Source of the DNA: Octopus vulgaris
Lineage: Eukaryota
Length of the DNA stretch: 64,000 nt
Reading direction: 5' to 3'
NCBI GenBank assembly: GCA_951406725.2
Contig: OX597832.1
Span: 23,932,001-23,996,000 of the forward strand
In this document: positions 15,101-25,766 of the stretch, piece after piece
Layout of the letters: the number at the start of each line of letters is the position of its first letter
Numbering within the stretch: position 1 is the stretch's first letter
Position numbers and translations under genes: made by a program
The notes under the pieces: generated by a model
Database searches by the model: none
What the model saw: the letters and a program-made list of their open reading frames with translations, nothing else
Told to the model about the DNA's origin: nothing

Positions 15101-18100
15101 ACTGGTACAGAAGACTTCCTGGAAAAACTTGCCAAAAGATACGGGAAATTATTGAAGGTAAGAAATCTGTCTTGGATTTTATTTCTCGTTAGGCGCAGGA
15201 GTGGCTGTGTGGTAAGTAGCTTGTTTACCAACCACATGGTTCCAGGTTCAGTCCCACTGCGTGGCACCTTGGGCAAGTTGTCTTCTACTATAGCCTCGGG
15301 CCGACCAAAGCCTTGTGAGTGGATTTGGTAGACGGAAACTGAAAGAAGCCCGTCGTATGTATATGTATATATATGTACGTATACGTGTGTGTTTGTGTGT
15401 CTGTGTTTGTTCCCCGAGCATTGCTTGACAACCGATGCTGGTGTGTTTATGTCCCCATCACTTAGTGGTTCGGCAAAAGAGACCGATAGAATAAGTACTA
15501 GGCTTAGAAAATAATAAGTCCCGGGGTCGAGTTGCTCGATTAAAGGCGATGCTCCAGCATGGCCGCAGTCAAATGACTGAAACATGTAAAAGAGAGAGTT
15601 ACCTTCTATCTTTCACTTGTTTCAGTCATTGGACTGTGGCCATGCTGGGGCACTGCCTTGAAAGGTTTGGGCAAACCAATTGACCCAAGTATTTATGTTT
15701 TTCTTTTGAGTCTGGGACTTATCAATCTGTCTTCAGTCTCTTTTGCTGAACTGCTAAGTAGTGGGGATAGAAACAAACCAACACCAGTTGTTAATGGTAA
15801 TGGCGTTGAGCTGGCAGAATTGTTAGCATGCCGGGCGAAATGCTTAGCGGTATTTCGTCTGTTGCTACGTTCTGAGTTCAAATTCCGCCAAGATCGACTT
15901 TGCCTTTCATCCTTTCGGGGCCGATTAAATAAGTACCAATTACGCACTGGGGTCTTTGTAATCGACTTAATACCTTTGTCTGTCCTTGTTTGTCTCCTCT
16001 ATGTTTAGCCCCTTGTGGGTAGTAAAGAAATATATATAACCAACCAACTAATTGGTCATTTGTTTAATGTGTTGGTTAAACAATCAATTGATTGTTTGTC
16101 AAAGTCCTTTCTTTGCTATTCACAACCTCATCTGCCTAAAGACCCCTTTCACTCTTATTGTATTCTACTGGACACTCTTAACCATTCATTGTATATAAAA
16201 GAAATTTAGGAATAATAAATAAAAAAAATGAACCCTTTCATTACCAACCCAGCTGAAACTGGCTCTGTAGTACAAAATATGGTAACAAAAAGATTAAAGT
16301 CACCATGATATTTTTAACCCTTTCATTACCACTCCGGTTGAAACCGGCTCTGGCTCTGTAGTACAAATGTCTTGTTTTCATAAGTTTTGAATTCAAATCT
16401 TCCACCAAACCTTAGTCAGTATATGTTCCTAACACTAGCTTAATGATAACTAAGTTATTTAACTAAATTCTTTGTTATATTAAAAGTAATTGAAAGAAAC
16501 ACAGAGCATCTCAAAATAAATACAGTAATGAAAGGGTTAAATATTTTGTGCATTGTAGAAATGTAACCAATTTATACACAGAAATTTTAACGACAAAACC
16601 TTAGATGGACCCTTAAGGATGATATGGGGCCCCAGTTGAGAACCACTACCACAGGAACAAAAATGACAACAAAAGAATTCACAAAATATGGAATTTCTTG
16701 GAGAGAAGCAACACAGAAGAACCATTCAGCCCATGTCAGAATGGATTAGTTACTTCTGGAATGCATTATGATATAAATGAATGAATTTTTTTAAGAAACT
16801 GTTATCTTTTTTATATAAACTTCTAAATTTCTGTGTCTTTTTGATGTAACTATTTTCAGGGTGGCGACCCAGATTTCAACAATATTTCCAAAATTGTGTT
16901 GAATGATTGGCAGCGAGGACGTCTTCCGTATTTTGTTAAACCACCAGTAAGAGAGGTGTGGACAAATTTTTTTTAATGTATTAGGTGTTTTGTGTGTGTG
17001 TTTGGCTGGCTTCCTCATCATCCATTTCAATGCTTTTCCATGCTTGCAAGGATCAGGCGTATCTATATACTTTTACTTGTTTCAGTCATTTGACTGCGGC
17101 CATGCTGGAGCACCGCCTTTAGTCGAGCAAATCGACCCCAGGATTTATTCTTTGTAAGCCCAGTACTTATTCTATCGGCCTCTTTTGCCAAACTGCTAAG
17201 TGACAGGGACGTAAACACACCAGCATTGGTTGTCAAGCAATGCTAGGGGGACAAACACAGACACACAAACATACACGCACACATACATACATACATATAT
17301 ATATATACATATATACGACAGGCTTCTTTCAGTTTCCATCTACCAAATCCACTCACAAGGCTTTGGTCGGCCCAAGGATATAGCAGAAGACACTTGCCCA
17401 AGGTGCCACGCAGTGGGACTGAACCCGGAGCCATGTGGCTGGTAAGCAAGCTACTTACCACACAGCCACTCCTGCGCATATATTTATGGTTGCTGGAGAA
17501 AGTATTTTGTTTCTGGCAAAATAGCATGCAGTTTAAGCTTGCTTGCTTGCTTGTGACGGAATTCACCCAGGACGGGTTGAGCCGGCTTCTTCTCTGGTTC
17601 TGATGGCATCACGAACCATGGCAGCCCACACTCGATGATATGCAGTTTAGGACATCACTGCAGCCTTTATTAACAGGAGTGAAAATGCAACTTATTTACA
17701 ACTGCTGCTAAAGAAAAAGAAATAAGAATATCTACATATATATAAATGTGTGTGTGTGTGTAATAATTTTATATTTGAGTATGCTGTTTAAAGCCTCTTC
17801 ACAGTATTTGGCTACCTGATGTCAACACCAGTATGAAGGTACATGTACGAGTGAGATCATTGCCTGAGCAACAAGCTGGCCTTCGTGCTGATGGCACGTT
17901 AAACACACCATTCGAGCGTGATCATTCCCTGCGTCACCTTACTGGCACTTGTGATGGTGGCACGTGAAAAAACATTCGAGTGAGGTCGTCGCCAGTGCCG
18001 CTGGACTGGCTCCTGTGCAGGTGGCACATAAAATGCACCATTTGAGCATGGCCGTTGCCAGTACCACTAAACTGGCCCTCGTGCCGGTGGCATGTAAAAG

Positions 18101-19885
18101 CACCCACTACACACTCAGAGTGGTTGGCGTTAGGAAGGGCATCCAGCTGTAGAAACTCTGGCAGATCAGATTGGAGTCTGGTTCGCCAGACCTCAGTCAA
18201 ACCATCCAACCCATGCTAGCATGGAAAGCGGTTGTTAAATAATGATGATGATGATGATGGTGATTGCTTTGCTGTAAGAGTGATTTAAATAATTTAGTAA
18301 ATAAAAGTTCAAAGTTATTTTCCTGTCTTCCAGAAATCCCAGATACTTATGCTTGATTGTATTCTGAAATGAATGATTAATTTAATTTTTGCAGGGAGAC
18401 GAAATAGAAAGCGTTGTTGACAAAGTAGTCGTTGAGACCGCTTCACAGGAAACCGCAGTAATAGGTGAGGAAACTGTGAAAGCCATTCCACAGGTGCAGC
18501 AGGACTTGCGCAAAATTCAGGTGCAACCAGAGTTTGTTGCGGACGACGTTAAATCCGTGAACTTGGATGTATCGCGGGACGATTCCGACGCTGAAGATGT
18601 TTCAGACAAAGAAAGCGATGAAGATGGGGAGGAGACGAAAGAGATTGCAATTCCTGATGTCGAGAAGGAATCGGCCGATGCGGAAGCATTCGTTGAGTTA
18701 ATGACAAAGTCTAACGAAACAGAGCAAACTGCTACTGCTGCTGCTACTACTGCTGCTGCTGCTACTACTGCTGCTGCTGCTACTGCTGCTGCTACTACCA
18801 CCGCTGCTGCTGCTGCTGAAGAAAAAGATAAGGGAACTGATGATTCTTCAGATAAATCCATTTCCAAAGAAGAATCAAGTATTACGGAGACGGCTGCACA
18901 AGAAAATACATCAGCAAAAGACGAAGATAAGAGCGAAGAGATAATTGAGAACAGCAAAGATGAAACCAAAGAGAAGTCTTTGACAGCTTCTCTTGAGAGT
19001 ATTCCATCAGGAAGTGGTATTTCTGCTGTCCAACAGATGCCAGAGGATTCTGATGATGAAGGTATATATATATATTTATTTATATTGATGTTTGTTTTTA
19101 TGTTCAGTTATAATTTTTTTTTTTAAATTTGCATTAATCTGATGGGTTACTCTATACTTTTCTAGAGTAAAAATTTATTCTTATACAGGAATATTATTGA
19201 AAGTGACTTCGAAGTATCAGCAGCTAACCCATTGTTGGACTGCTGATATCTCTATATTTTGCTCCATCTATACCGGATGTCGCTTCTCCCACCACCATTA
19301 TAGGTGTCTACTCTTCGAACGCCCCTCTTCAATACGCTATTTCACCATGCATTACCCCTCTCTCGATATCCTACGTTCTACTTGCCTAGAACCTGTCATC
19401 ATTTCTCTGAACCACCCCTCCCCACTGGTGCTCCCCTATATTTCTGCACCCCCCCCATAAAAAGCACCATCCGAACGTGGCCGATGCCAGACCCCTCTGG
19501 CATCTGTGCAGGTGGCACGTAAAAAGCACCCACTACACTCGCGGAGTGGTTGGCGTTAGGAAGGGCATCCAGCTGTAGAAACACTGCCAGACTAGACTGG
19601 AGCCTGGGGCAGTCCCGAGCTCCCCAGACCCCGGTCGAAACCGTCCAACCCGTGCTAGCGCGGAAAACGGACGTTAAACGATGATGATGATGATGATGAT
19701 GATGATATATATATATATATATACATACACATTTTTTTCTCTCCTTGTTTCTTCTGCGTCCCTTTCTGTAGAAGAGCATAGGCTCGAAACATAAAAGACT
19801 TTTTCTATTCCCGAGTGTTATACTAATACATCTGTTTGTTTTGTACACCACCTGTCTTTGTCTTTTGTTTTTTTTCATAAACTTT

Positions 19886-19923
<38 letters not shown>

Positions 19924-21992
19924 AGACTGGAGCCTGGTGCAGCCTTCTGGCTTTCCAGATCCCCGGTCGAACCGTCCAACCCATGCTAGCATGGAGAACG
20001 GACGTTAAACGATGATGATGATGATGATGATGATATTATAAAGGCTACCGTTGGTTTCATGTTAAGAAAAATATTTTATTATCTTTAAAATTCTTCAATA
20101 ATGATGTTTGTCTCCATTTTGGACGAACACACAAAGTCTCGTGAATTCACAGAATTCAAGACTTTGTGTTTTCATCCAAAATGGAAACAAACACCATTCC
20201 TCCATATGATCGGCTTGAAAAATTGTTAAGATATTGAAACACTTTTCTTAACATGAAACCAATGGTAGCCTTAATACATGACTAAAGAACCTCTATCTAT
20301 CAATGCGGTGTAGAGCACTCATTCTCATTGTTCAGCATTTACATATATGTATATATTACAAATGTGGAGGCTCAGTGGTTAGGGCAGCGGACTCATGGTC
20401 GGAGGATCGCGGTTTCGATTCCCAGACCGGGCGTTGTGTGTGTTTATTGAGCAAAAACACCTAAAGCTCTACGCGGCTCCGGCAGGGGGTGGTGGCGACC
20501 CCTGCTGTACTCTTTCACCACAACTTTCTCTCACTCTTTCTTCTGTTGGCCTGCTCGTTTAGCCAGCGGGGTGGCGTCATTCGAAGGCTAAAACAATGCG
20601 AACGCATTGTGACCAGCGATGTGTAGCAACATCTGATAGCCTGGTCGGTCACGTGAAAATGGAGAAACACATTAGTTGGTTTATCAGCTTTAGGATATTA
20701 GAATGTTGACTTATTTAATTATCAAAACGACAACCATAACAACATACATATATACAGTATAAAATTCAATGGTGGAGGTGCAATGGCCCAGTGGTTAGGG
20801 CAGTGAACTCGCGGTCGTAGGATCGCGGTTTCGATTCCCAGATAGGACGTTGTGAGTGTTTATTGAGCGAAAACACCTAAAAGCTCCACGAGGCTCCGGC
20901 AGGGGATGGTGGTGATCCCTGCTGAACTCTTTCACCACAACTTTCTCTCACTCTTTCTTCCTGTTTCTGTTGTACCTGTATTTCAAAGGGCCGGCCTTGT
21001 CACTCTGTGTCACGCTGAATATCCCCGAAGACTACGTTAAGGGTACACGTGTCTGTGGAGTGCTCAGCCACTTACACGTTAATTTCACGAGCTGGCTGTT
21101 CCGTTGATCGGATCAACCGGAACCCTCGTTGTCGTAACCGACGGAGTGCTTCCATCCATAAAATTCAATGCATATAAGATAGGAATACAAGTGAAGGCGC
21201 ATGGCTCAGTGGTTAGAGCGTCGGGCTTACGATCGTGAGGTTGTGAGCTCGAATCCCGGACCGGGCTGCGTGTTGTGTTCTCGAGCAAGGCACTTTATTT
21301 CACGTTGCTCCAGTTCACTCAGCTGTAGAAATGAATTGCGACGTCTCTGGTGCCAAGATGTATCGACCTTTGTCTTTCCCTTGGATAACACTGGTGGCGT
21401 GGAGAGGGGAGGCTGGTATGCATGGGCGACTGCTGGCCTTCCATAAACAACCATGCCCGGACTTGTGTCTAGGAGGGTAACTTTCTAGGTGCAATCCCAT
21501 GGTCATTCATGACCGAAGGGGGTCTTTACCCTTACAAGTAGTTATTAAAAAAACATTAATATAAATTGTTAGAATCATTAAAATCACTTACACAATTTAT
21601 GCTCCTAACATTAGCTTAATGATAACTAAGTTATTTTACTAATTCTTTGCTCTATTTAAAATTAATTGAAAGAAGCACAGAAATATGGTAATGAATGGGT
21701 TAATGCCTAACAGGAAGATGGAGAGTAGCTGTACACACTGGTCTCTGACTTTGTAGTTCATTGTGATGTCCAGGTTTCTATCTTTCTACATACTCTTACT
21801 CTTTTACTTGTTTCAGTCATTTGACTGCGGCCATGCTGGAGCACCGCCTTTTAGTCGAGCAAATCGACCCCGGGATTAATTCTTTGTAAGCCCAGTACTT
21901 ATTCTATCGGTCTCTTTTGCCGAACCGCTAAGTGACGGGGACGTAAACACACCAGCATCGGTTGTCAAGCAATGCTAGGGGGACAAACACAT

Positions 21993-22045
<53 letters not shown>

Positions 22046-23214
22046 TACGACAGGCTTCTTTCAGTTTCCGTCTACCAAATCCACTCACAAGGCATTGGTC
22101 GGCCCGGGGCTATAGTAGAAGACACTTGCCCAAGATGCCACGCAGTGGGACTGAACCCAGAACCATGTGGTTTGTAAGCAAGCTACTTACCACACAGCCA
22201 CTCCTCCGCCTATAGGTTTACATGGGTTTTTTTTTTTTTTAATCTTACATTTTTTTTATGAAGTCTGGTACTTATTCAATCATTATCTTTTTGCCGAACT
22301 GCTAAGTTACAGGAACAAACAAACTGACACCAGGTCAAGCAGTAGCAGGAACAAGTACAAACACACACATGTGACAACCCTTCTTTCAGTTTCTTTCCAT
22401 CAAATTCACTCACAAGGCTTTGGTCAACCAGGGGCTATAATAGTAGAAAACACTTGGTCAGGTGCCACACTGTGGGATTGAACCCAAAAACATGTGGTTG
22501 CAAAGCTAGCTTCTTAACCACATGGCCATGCCAGTGCTTTTCATTTTTCCCTTTTTCTTTGTCTTCGAATATTTCAGCTGATTTCATGTACAAGATGAAG
22601 GAACCAGAAAGCAAGCCTAGCACCAGCGCAACAAAGGAAAGTTCTTCCAAGGTGAACATAGCCAAGTCAGGCAAGAACAAGAAACGAAAGCAAAAGCGAC
22701 ACCAAGAAAGTTCCGATGAAGATGAAGCTCCTAAGTTGACCGGAAAACAAGTAAGTTTATTTTGGTTTGTTTTGTTTGTTTTTTTTAACTGCTCAGATTT
22801 TAAGGCTGGCCATGATACAGCAGTTTTATAATGTTCAGCTTTTGTAAAAATATTGTAGAAGTAATGAAGAATTGTGCCTTAGGTCAGTGTTGCTCAAAAC
22901 CCTTTTTTTCTACCTCTGGACCCCTTTGTTTCCTGTTTTGCTCACATGGACCCTCCCAGCCATTCAATGCTTAAAAAGCCCTATTATATCATTGGGAATT
23001 ATTTTACGTGTTTCAATCATTTGACTGCGGCCAGGCTGGAGCACCACCGTGAAGAGCTTTTGGTCGAACAAATTGACCCCAGGACTTCTTCAGCTTAGTA
23101 GTTATTCTATTGGTCTCTCTTGCTGAACTGCTAAGTTACAGGGATGTCGATACACCAATACCAGTTGTAAAATGGTGATGCAGAGACAGACACAAAGGCA
23201 CACACACACATGCA

Positions 23215-23265
<51 letters not shown>

Positions 23266-23608
23266 AGTTAAGACACTCGTGCCGGTGACACATAAAAATC
23301 ACCGTCGGAACGTGGCAGATGCCAGCGCCGCTTGACTGGCGTCCGTGTCGGTGACACAGAAAAGCACCAAACGATCGTGGCCGTTTGCCAGCCTGCTCTT
23401 GCCCCTGTGCTGGTGGCACGTATAAAACACCAACTACACTCACGGAATGGTTGGCATTAGGAAGGGCATCCAGCTGTAGAAACACTACCAAATCAGACTA
23501 GAGCTCGGTGCAGCCTCCATGGCTTACCAGACCCCGGTCGAACCATTCAACCCATGCTAGCATGGAAAACGGATGTTAAACAATGATAATTATATATAAT
23601 GTGTGTGA

Positions 23609-23659
<51 letters not shown>

Positions 23660-24302
23660 CATATATCATCGTTTAACATCTGCCTTCCATGCTGGCATGG
23701 ATGGAACAGTTTCACAGGAATTGGCCAGGCAGGAGCATGCACCAAACTTCTGTGACTGTTTTGGTAGGATTTTTACAGCTGGATGCTCTTCCTAACACCA
23801 ACCACTCACTAGAGTGGACTTAAGTGCTTTTTATGTGGCACAAGCACAGGGGAGGTCAGTTTTAGTAAGATTTTTACTTTTTGATGCCCTTCCAAACACC
23901 AACCACTTTACAGTGTGGACTGGGTGCTTTTCAGAAGCACCTGTACTGACAGGGTCACCAAGTACTTGCAAGACAAAAAAAAAAATCTCTTTTGAGAGGC
24001 GGGAGGGCATTGGAGGAGGTGATCTTGTATCAGATGATGAAAGGTTATATATATATTTATGTATGTATCTCTTGTTTGATCTACGAAGAGACCCGTGGTG
24101 TGTTGAAGGTGTTCTTGCAGAATGGAAGGTGTCAAAATATTTTCGTCGCTTTGAGACCGCGACCTGTTCACTGATAAAACTTTGTGCTGCATCTAACGGT
24201 TTTTGTGTGTTTCTTAAATGGCTTATAAACACCTTCCACGCTGCAATTGTTTTCGTTCCAGCACGCGATCTCAGATCAGGTCACTTGCTATGCAAGTACA
24301 TC

Positions 24303-24336
<34 letters not shown>

Positions 24337-24702
24337 CTCACACAGTAGGAATAATACAGTTTCTGTCTATCACGGTCATTCACAAGTCATTAATCGGTTT
24401 GGGTTTCTAGTAGAAGGCAGCTAAAGTGCCAAGTTGTGGAACTAAACCAAGGTTGAGAAGCAAATTCGTCAGTCTCACAACAATCTTAGTCTTCTTTAGA
24501 CTTTCTCTTTCTTCTTTTGTGTGTGTGTGTGTGTCTATGGTAAACTCCTGAAAAGTTCTCGATCTATTTTGACCACCTTGGCATTTCATTTTATTTCCTT
24601 CAGCGTCGCAAACTGGATCGCAAAGAGAGACAGAAGAAAATTGGAAAGCATTTCTATGACTACGCAAACGTGAAGAACCGAAGCGACCGAGCAAGACGGT
24701 AG
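40..24702 (+). CDS. GNL2: Nucleolar GTP-binding protein 2 (GNL2/NOG2/NGP-1), complete 15-exon CDS, 782 aa
   Basis: Hand-spliced exons: 40-121, 2977-3070, 3640-3734, 6235-6368, 6879-6977, 7935-8087, 9175-9333, 10024-10137, 11865-11993, 14238-14342, 14999-15157, 16860-16946, 18395-19061, 22578-22750, 24604-24702 (2349 nt, open, all GT-AG). Carries the NGP1NT region, circularly permuted GTPase motifs ([23 protein letters not shown]), NDWQRG and the C-terminal [13 protein letters not shown]. Confidence 0.96.
221..930 (+). mobile_element. tRNA-derived SINE (family A: GGCGGCGAGCTGGCAGAA head) with tandemly reiterated body
   Basis: One head followed by four ~150-190-bp body copies, each starting GGTAT(T/C)TCGTCTG. 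Confidence 0.8.
2977..3070 (+). CDS. GNL2: GNL2 exon 2 ([31 protein letters not shown])
   Basis: Polypyrimidine-CAG acceptor, GTAAC donor; conserved NMRDR..I.RL.MY motif. Confidence 0.93.
3640..3734 (+). CDS. GNL2: GNL2 exon 3 ([15 protein letters not shown])
   Basis: TTTACAG acceptor, GTAAAT donor. Confidence 0.95.
3878..4650 (+). mobile_element. SINE family A multimer: one head plus four ~184-bp bodies, 11-bp TSD
   Basis: Later bodies start at 4111, 4295 and 4479; AATTGGTGACA at 3867-3877 and 4651-4661. Confidence 0.85.
6235..6368 (+). CDS. GNL2: GNL2 exon 4 ([17 protein letters not shown]...KLPVSLL)
   Basis: TACAG acceptor, GTGTGT donor; within ORF 6246-6491. Confidence 0.93.
6879..6977 (+). 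CDS. GNL2: GNL2 exon 5 ([22 protein letters not shown])
   Basis: TTTCAG acceptor, GTAACT donor. Confidence 0.94.
7130..7672 (+). mobile_element. tRNA-derived SINE family B (GGCGCAGGAGTGGCTGTGTGG head) with a nested fragment
   Basis: A/B-box-like head, internal microsatellite, GACTGAAACAAGTAAAAG tail; same family at 12043, 12556, 15192, 17069(-), 21795(-), 63010(-) and 63340. Confidence 0.8.
7935..8087 (+). CDS. GNL2: GNL2 exon 6 ([14 protein letters not shown])
   Basis: CATAG acceptor, GTGAGT donor. Confidence 0.95.
8185..8720 (-). mobile_element. RTE-type non-LTR retrotransposon 3' fragment
   Basis: Minus-strand peptide [44 protein letters not shown] followed by a (TGA)n tail. Confidence 0.7.
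9175..9333 (+). CDS. GNL2: GNL2 exon 7 ([17 protein letters not shown]...LNKVDLVP)
   Basis: DARDP and G4 NKxD motifs; GCAG/GTAAGT splice sites. Confidence 0.96.
10024..10137 (+). CDS. GNL2: GNL2 exon 8 ([25 protein letters not shown])
   Basis: GACAG acceptor, GTTAGA donor; conserved FHAS..N.FGKG. Confidence 0.95.
10249..10631 (+). mobile_element. tRNA-derived SINE family C with TSD
   Basis: TGGCCCAGTGG A box and GGTTTCGATTCC B box; ATAAGCAAGCATGG duplicated at 10237-10250 and 10632-10645. Confidence 0.85.
11466..11780 (-). mobile_element. tRNA/CORE-type SINE family D
   Basis: Reverse complement of the copy at 21195-21535. Confidence 0.75.
11865..11993 (+). CDS. GNL2: GNL2 exon 9 (P-loop GYPNVGKSS)
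   Basis: [37 protein letters not shown]; TTTCAG/GTAAGT. Confidence 0.97.
12556..12933 (+). mobile_element. SINE family B, full length
   Basis: Head-to-tail match with the copy at 15192-15597. Confidence 0.8.
13345..13510 (-). mobile_element. mariner transposase remnant
   Basis: [41 protein letters not shown] resembles the mariner HTH-linker consensus (F..GR.S.EDD.RSGRP). Confidence 0.65.
13760..13855 (+). pseudogene. tRNA-Lys(UUU)-like pseudogene retaining a ~19-nt intron
   Basis: TAGTTCAGTCAGTAGAGCATCAGACTTTTA[13798-13816]ATCTGAGGGACGCGGGTTCGAGTCCC matches eukaryotic tRNA-Lys(UUU); acceptor stem and D arm are degenerate. Confidence 0.72.
13896..14127 (-). mobile_element. SINE family A monomer with 16-bp TSD
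   Basis: AGGGTTCATACATTCT at 13880-13895 and 14128-14143. Confidence 0.87.
14238..14342 (+). CDS. GNL2: GNL2 exon 10 ([20 protein letters not shown])
   Basis: G3 DxPG motif; TACAG/GTAAGT. Confidence 0.97.
14999..15157 (+). CDS. GNL2: GNL2 exon 11 ([19 protein letters not shown]...GKLLK)
   Basis: TTCCAG/GTAAGA splice sites. Confidence 0.95.
15192..15597 (+). mobile_element. SINE family B, full length
   Basis: tRNA-like head, CORE-like middle, microsatellite, AAAAGAG tail. Confidence 0.82.
15801..16032 (+). mobile_element. SINE family A monomer
   Basis: Same head and body as the element at 3878-4110. Confidence 0.8.
16318..16536. mobile_element. piggyBac-type MITE
   Basis: TTAA|CCCTTTCATTAC ... 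GTAATGAAAGGG|TTAA. Confidence 0.8.
16860..16946 (+). CDS. GNL2: GNL2 exon 12 (GGDPD...[17 protein letters not shown])
   Basis: TTTCAG/GTAAGA; conserved NDWQRG motif. Confidence 0.96.
17069..17477 (-). mobile_element. SINE family B, full length, antisense
   Basis: Reverse complement of 15192-15597. Confidence 0.82.
17850..18258 (+). repeat. Abundant interspersed element with GGTGGCACGTAAAAAGCAC subrepeats, a GGCGTTAGGAAGGGCATCCAGC core and a (GAT)n tail (SINE-like)
   Basis: Also near 2470, 3250(-), 9403(-), 10858(-), 19450, 23270, 24870 and 59050. Confidence 0.7.
18395..19061 (+). CDS. GNL2: GNL2 exon 13, acidic low-complexity region with Ala/Thr tract
   Basis: Open 667-nt exon, TTGCAG acceptor, G|GTATAT donor, phases match both neighbours; [15 protein letters not shown] resembles the conserved post-GTPase segment. 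Confidence 0.88.
20041..20272. mobile_element. Fold-back palindromic MITE (Kolobok/TTAA-type)
   Basis: AAGGCTACCGTTGGTTTCATGTTAAGAAAA pairs with TTTTCTTAACATGAAACCAATGGTAGCCTT; inner arms are also complementary. Confidence 0.75.
20773..21157 (+). mobile_element. SINE family C with 13-bp TSD
   Basis: ATAAAATTCAATG at 20759-20771 and 21158-21170. Confidence 0.85.
21195..21535 (+). mobile_element. SINE family D (tRNA head plus CORE-like domain)
   Basis: TGGCTCAGTGG A box, GAGCTCGAATCC B box, TCGAGCAAGGCACTT CORE-like segment. Confidence 0.78.
22578..22750 (+). CDS. GNL2: GNL2 exon 14 (basic [16 protein letters not shown])
   Basis: TTTCAG acceptor in phase 1, GTAAGT donor. Confidence 0.87.
24604..24702 (+). 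CDS. GNL2: GNL2 exon 15, terminal ([32 protein letters not shown])
   Basis: TTCAG acceptor; matches the KK.G..YY...NVKNR C-terminal motif of GNL2; TAG at 24700-24702. Confidence 0.93.
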   Translation, partial: RRKLDRKERQKKIGKHFYDYANVKNRSDRARR

Positions 24703-25328
24703 AACCATCTTGGAAGAAACCATTGTAATTCTCTATATTTTTTGAGAAGGTATTATTCTATAAGCAAAGATGTATGTATGTAAATATTCTACAAATATAA
24801 ATAATATCTTTTGAGATATAAACTTTAGTTCTTGTTGTTATTAAACCCAGTTGTTTGGATTGCTAAACTCTCAGAGTGGTTGGCATTAGGAAGGGCATCC
24901 AGCTGTAGAAACTTTGCCAGATCAGACTGGAGCCTGGCGCAGCCTTCTGGCTTGCCCAGCCCTCAGTCGAACCATCCAACCCATGCCAGCATGGAAAGTG
25001 GACATTGAACGATGATGATGATAGCAAGTTTATCATCATACAGGTGTGGTTGTGTAATCTTTATTTATTCTCTTACCTGTTCCAGTCACTAGACCGTGGC
25101 CATGCCGGGGGGCACAGCCTTCAATTTATGTTTTAGTCAAACGAATCAACTCATGTTTATTCATTTTAATTTTAAGGTCTGGTACTTATTCTATTGGAGT
25201 CTTTTGCCAAACTGCTAAGTTACAGGGACACAAACACTATCATAGGCATGAAGTCCATGGAAGCAAGGGAAGTAATGCTTCCCTTAAAAATTATAGAATC
25301 AAATTGATTACTTACTATATATTACTTA

Positions 25329-25675
25329 CTAGCAGTATCGCCCGGCGTTGCTCGGGTTTGTAAGGGAAATAACTATATAAGCATTTTTAGAGAGTTACTT
25401 CCCTTATAGATGCCAATTCGGGCTTTCTTAGCCATTTCTGTTTTGGTGTCTTCAAGCCATGAAGTCGTTGTTCTAAAAGAACGCTGGTCTCCTTGACAAC
25501 GCTTTACGACGTTGATTTCCTTACACTCCCTTCCCCATAGCTTCACGAGGGAGGGAAAAAGGGGGAGAAGCAAACAGGTACAGGTGTGACCATGGACACC
25601 AACTCCGTGGGAGTAGTTAGGAATCTAAATCGAAGGGGACAGACACTCACACAACTAGAGTTTTATATATATAGA
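25329..25675 (-). mobile_element. Non-autonomous Helitron carrying a LINE-derived internal segment
   Basis: Minus strand reads A|TCTATATATA...CCCGAGCAACGCCGGG hairpin...CTAG|T; ends shared with 62654-62949. Confidence 0.8.
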
Positions 25676-25766
25676 TTTTTCATAAGATTGTTCTGTAAAA
25701 TTGGTATTAACTACATGACATCGTAGTAGGCTTCAGACTTTTATCGTCAGAATTAGCATGAGACGA

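Noticed and set aside
18517-18969. 150-aa antisense ORF over GNL2 exon 13
   Set aside because: Shadow of a low-complexity coding exon; no independent motif or splice evidence.
23814-24410. 198-aa ORF in the last GNL2 intron
   Set aside because: Spans SINE-like and microsatellite sequence with no recognisable domain.
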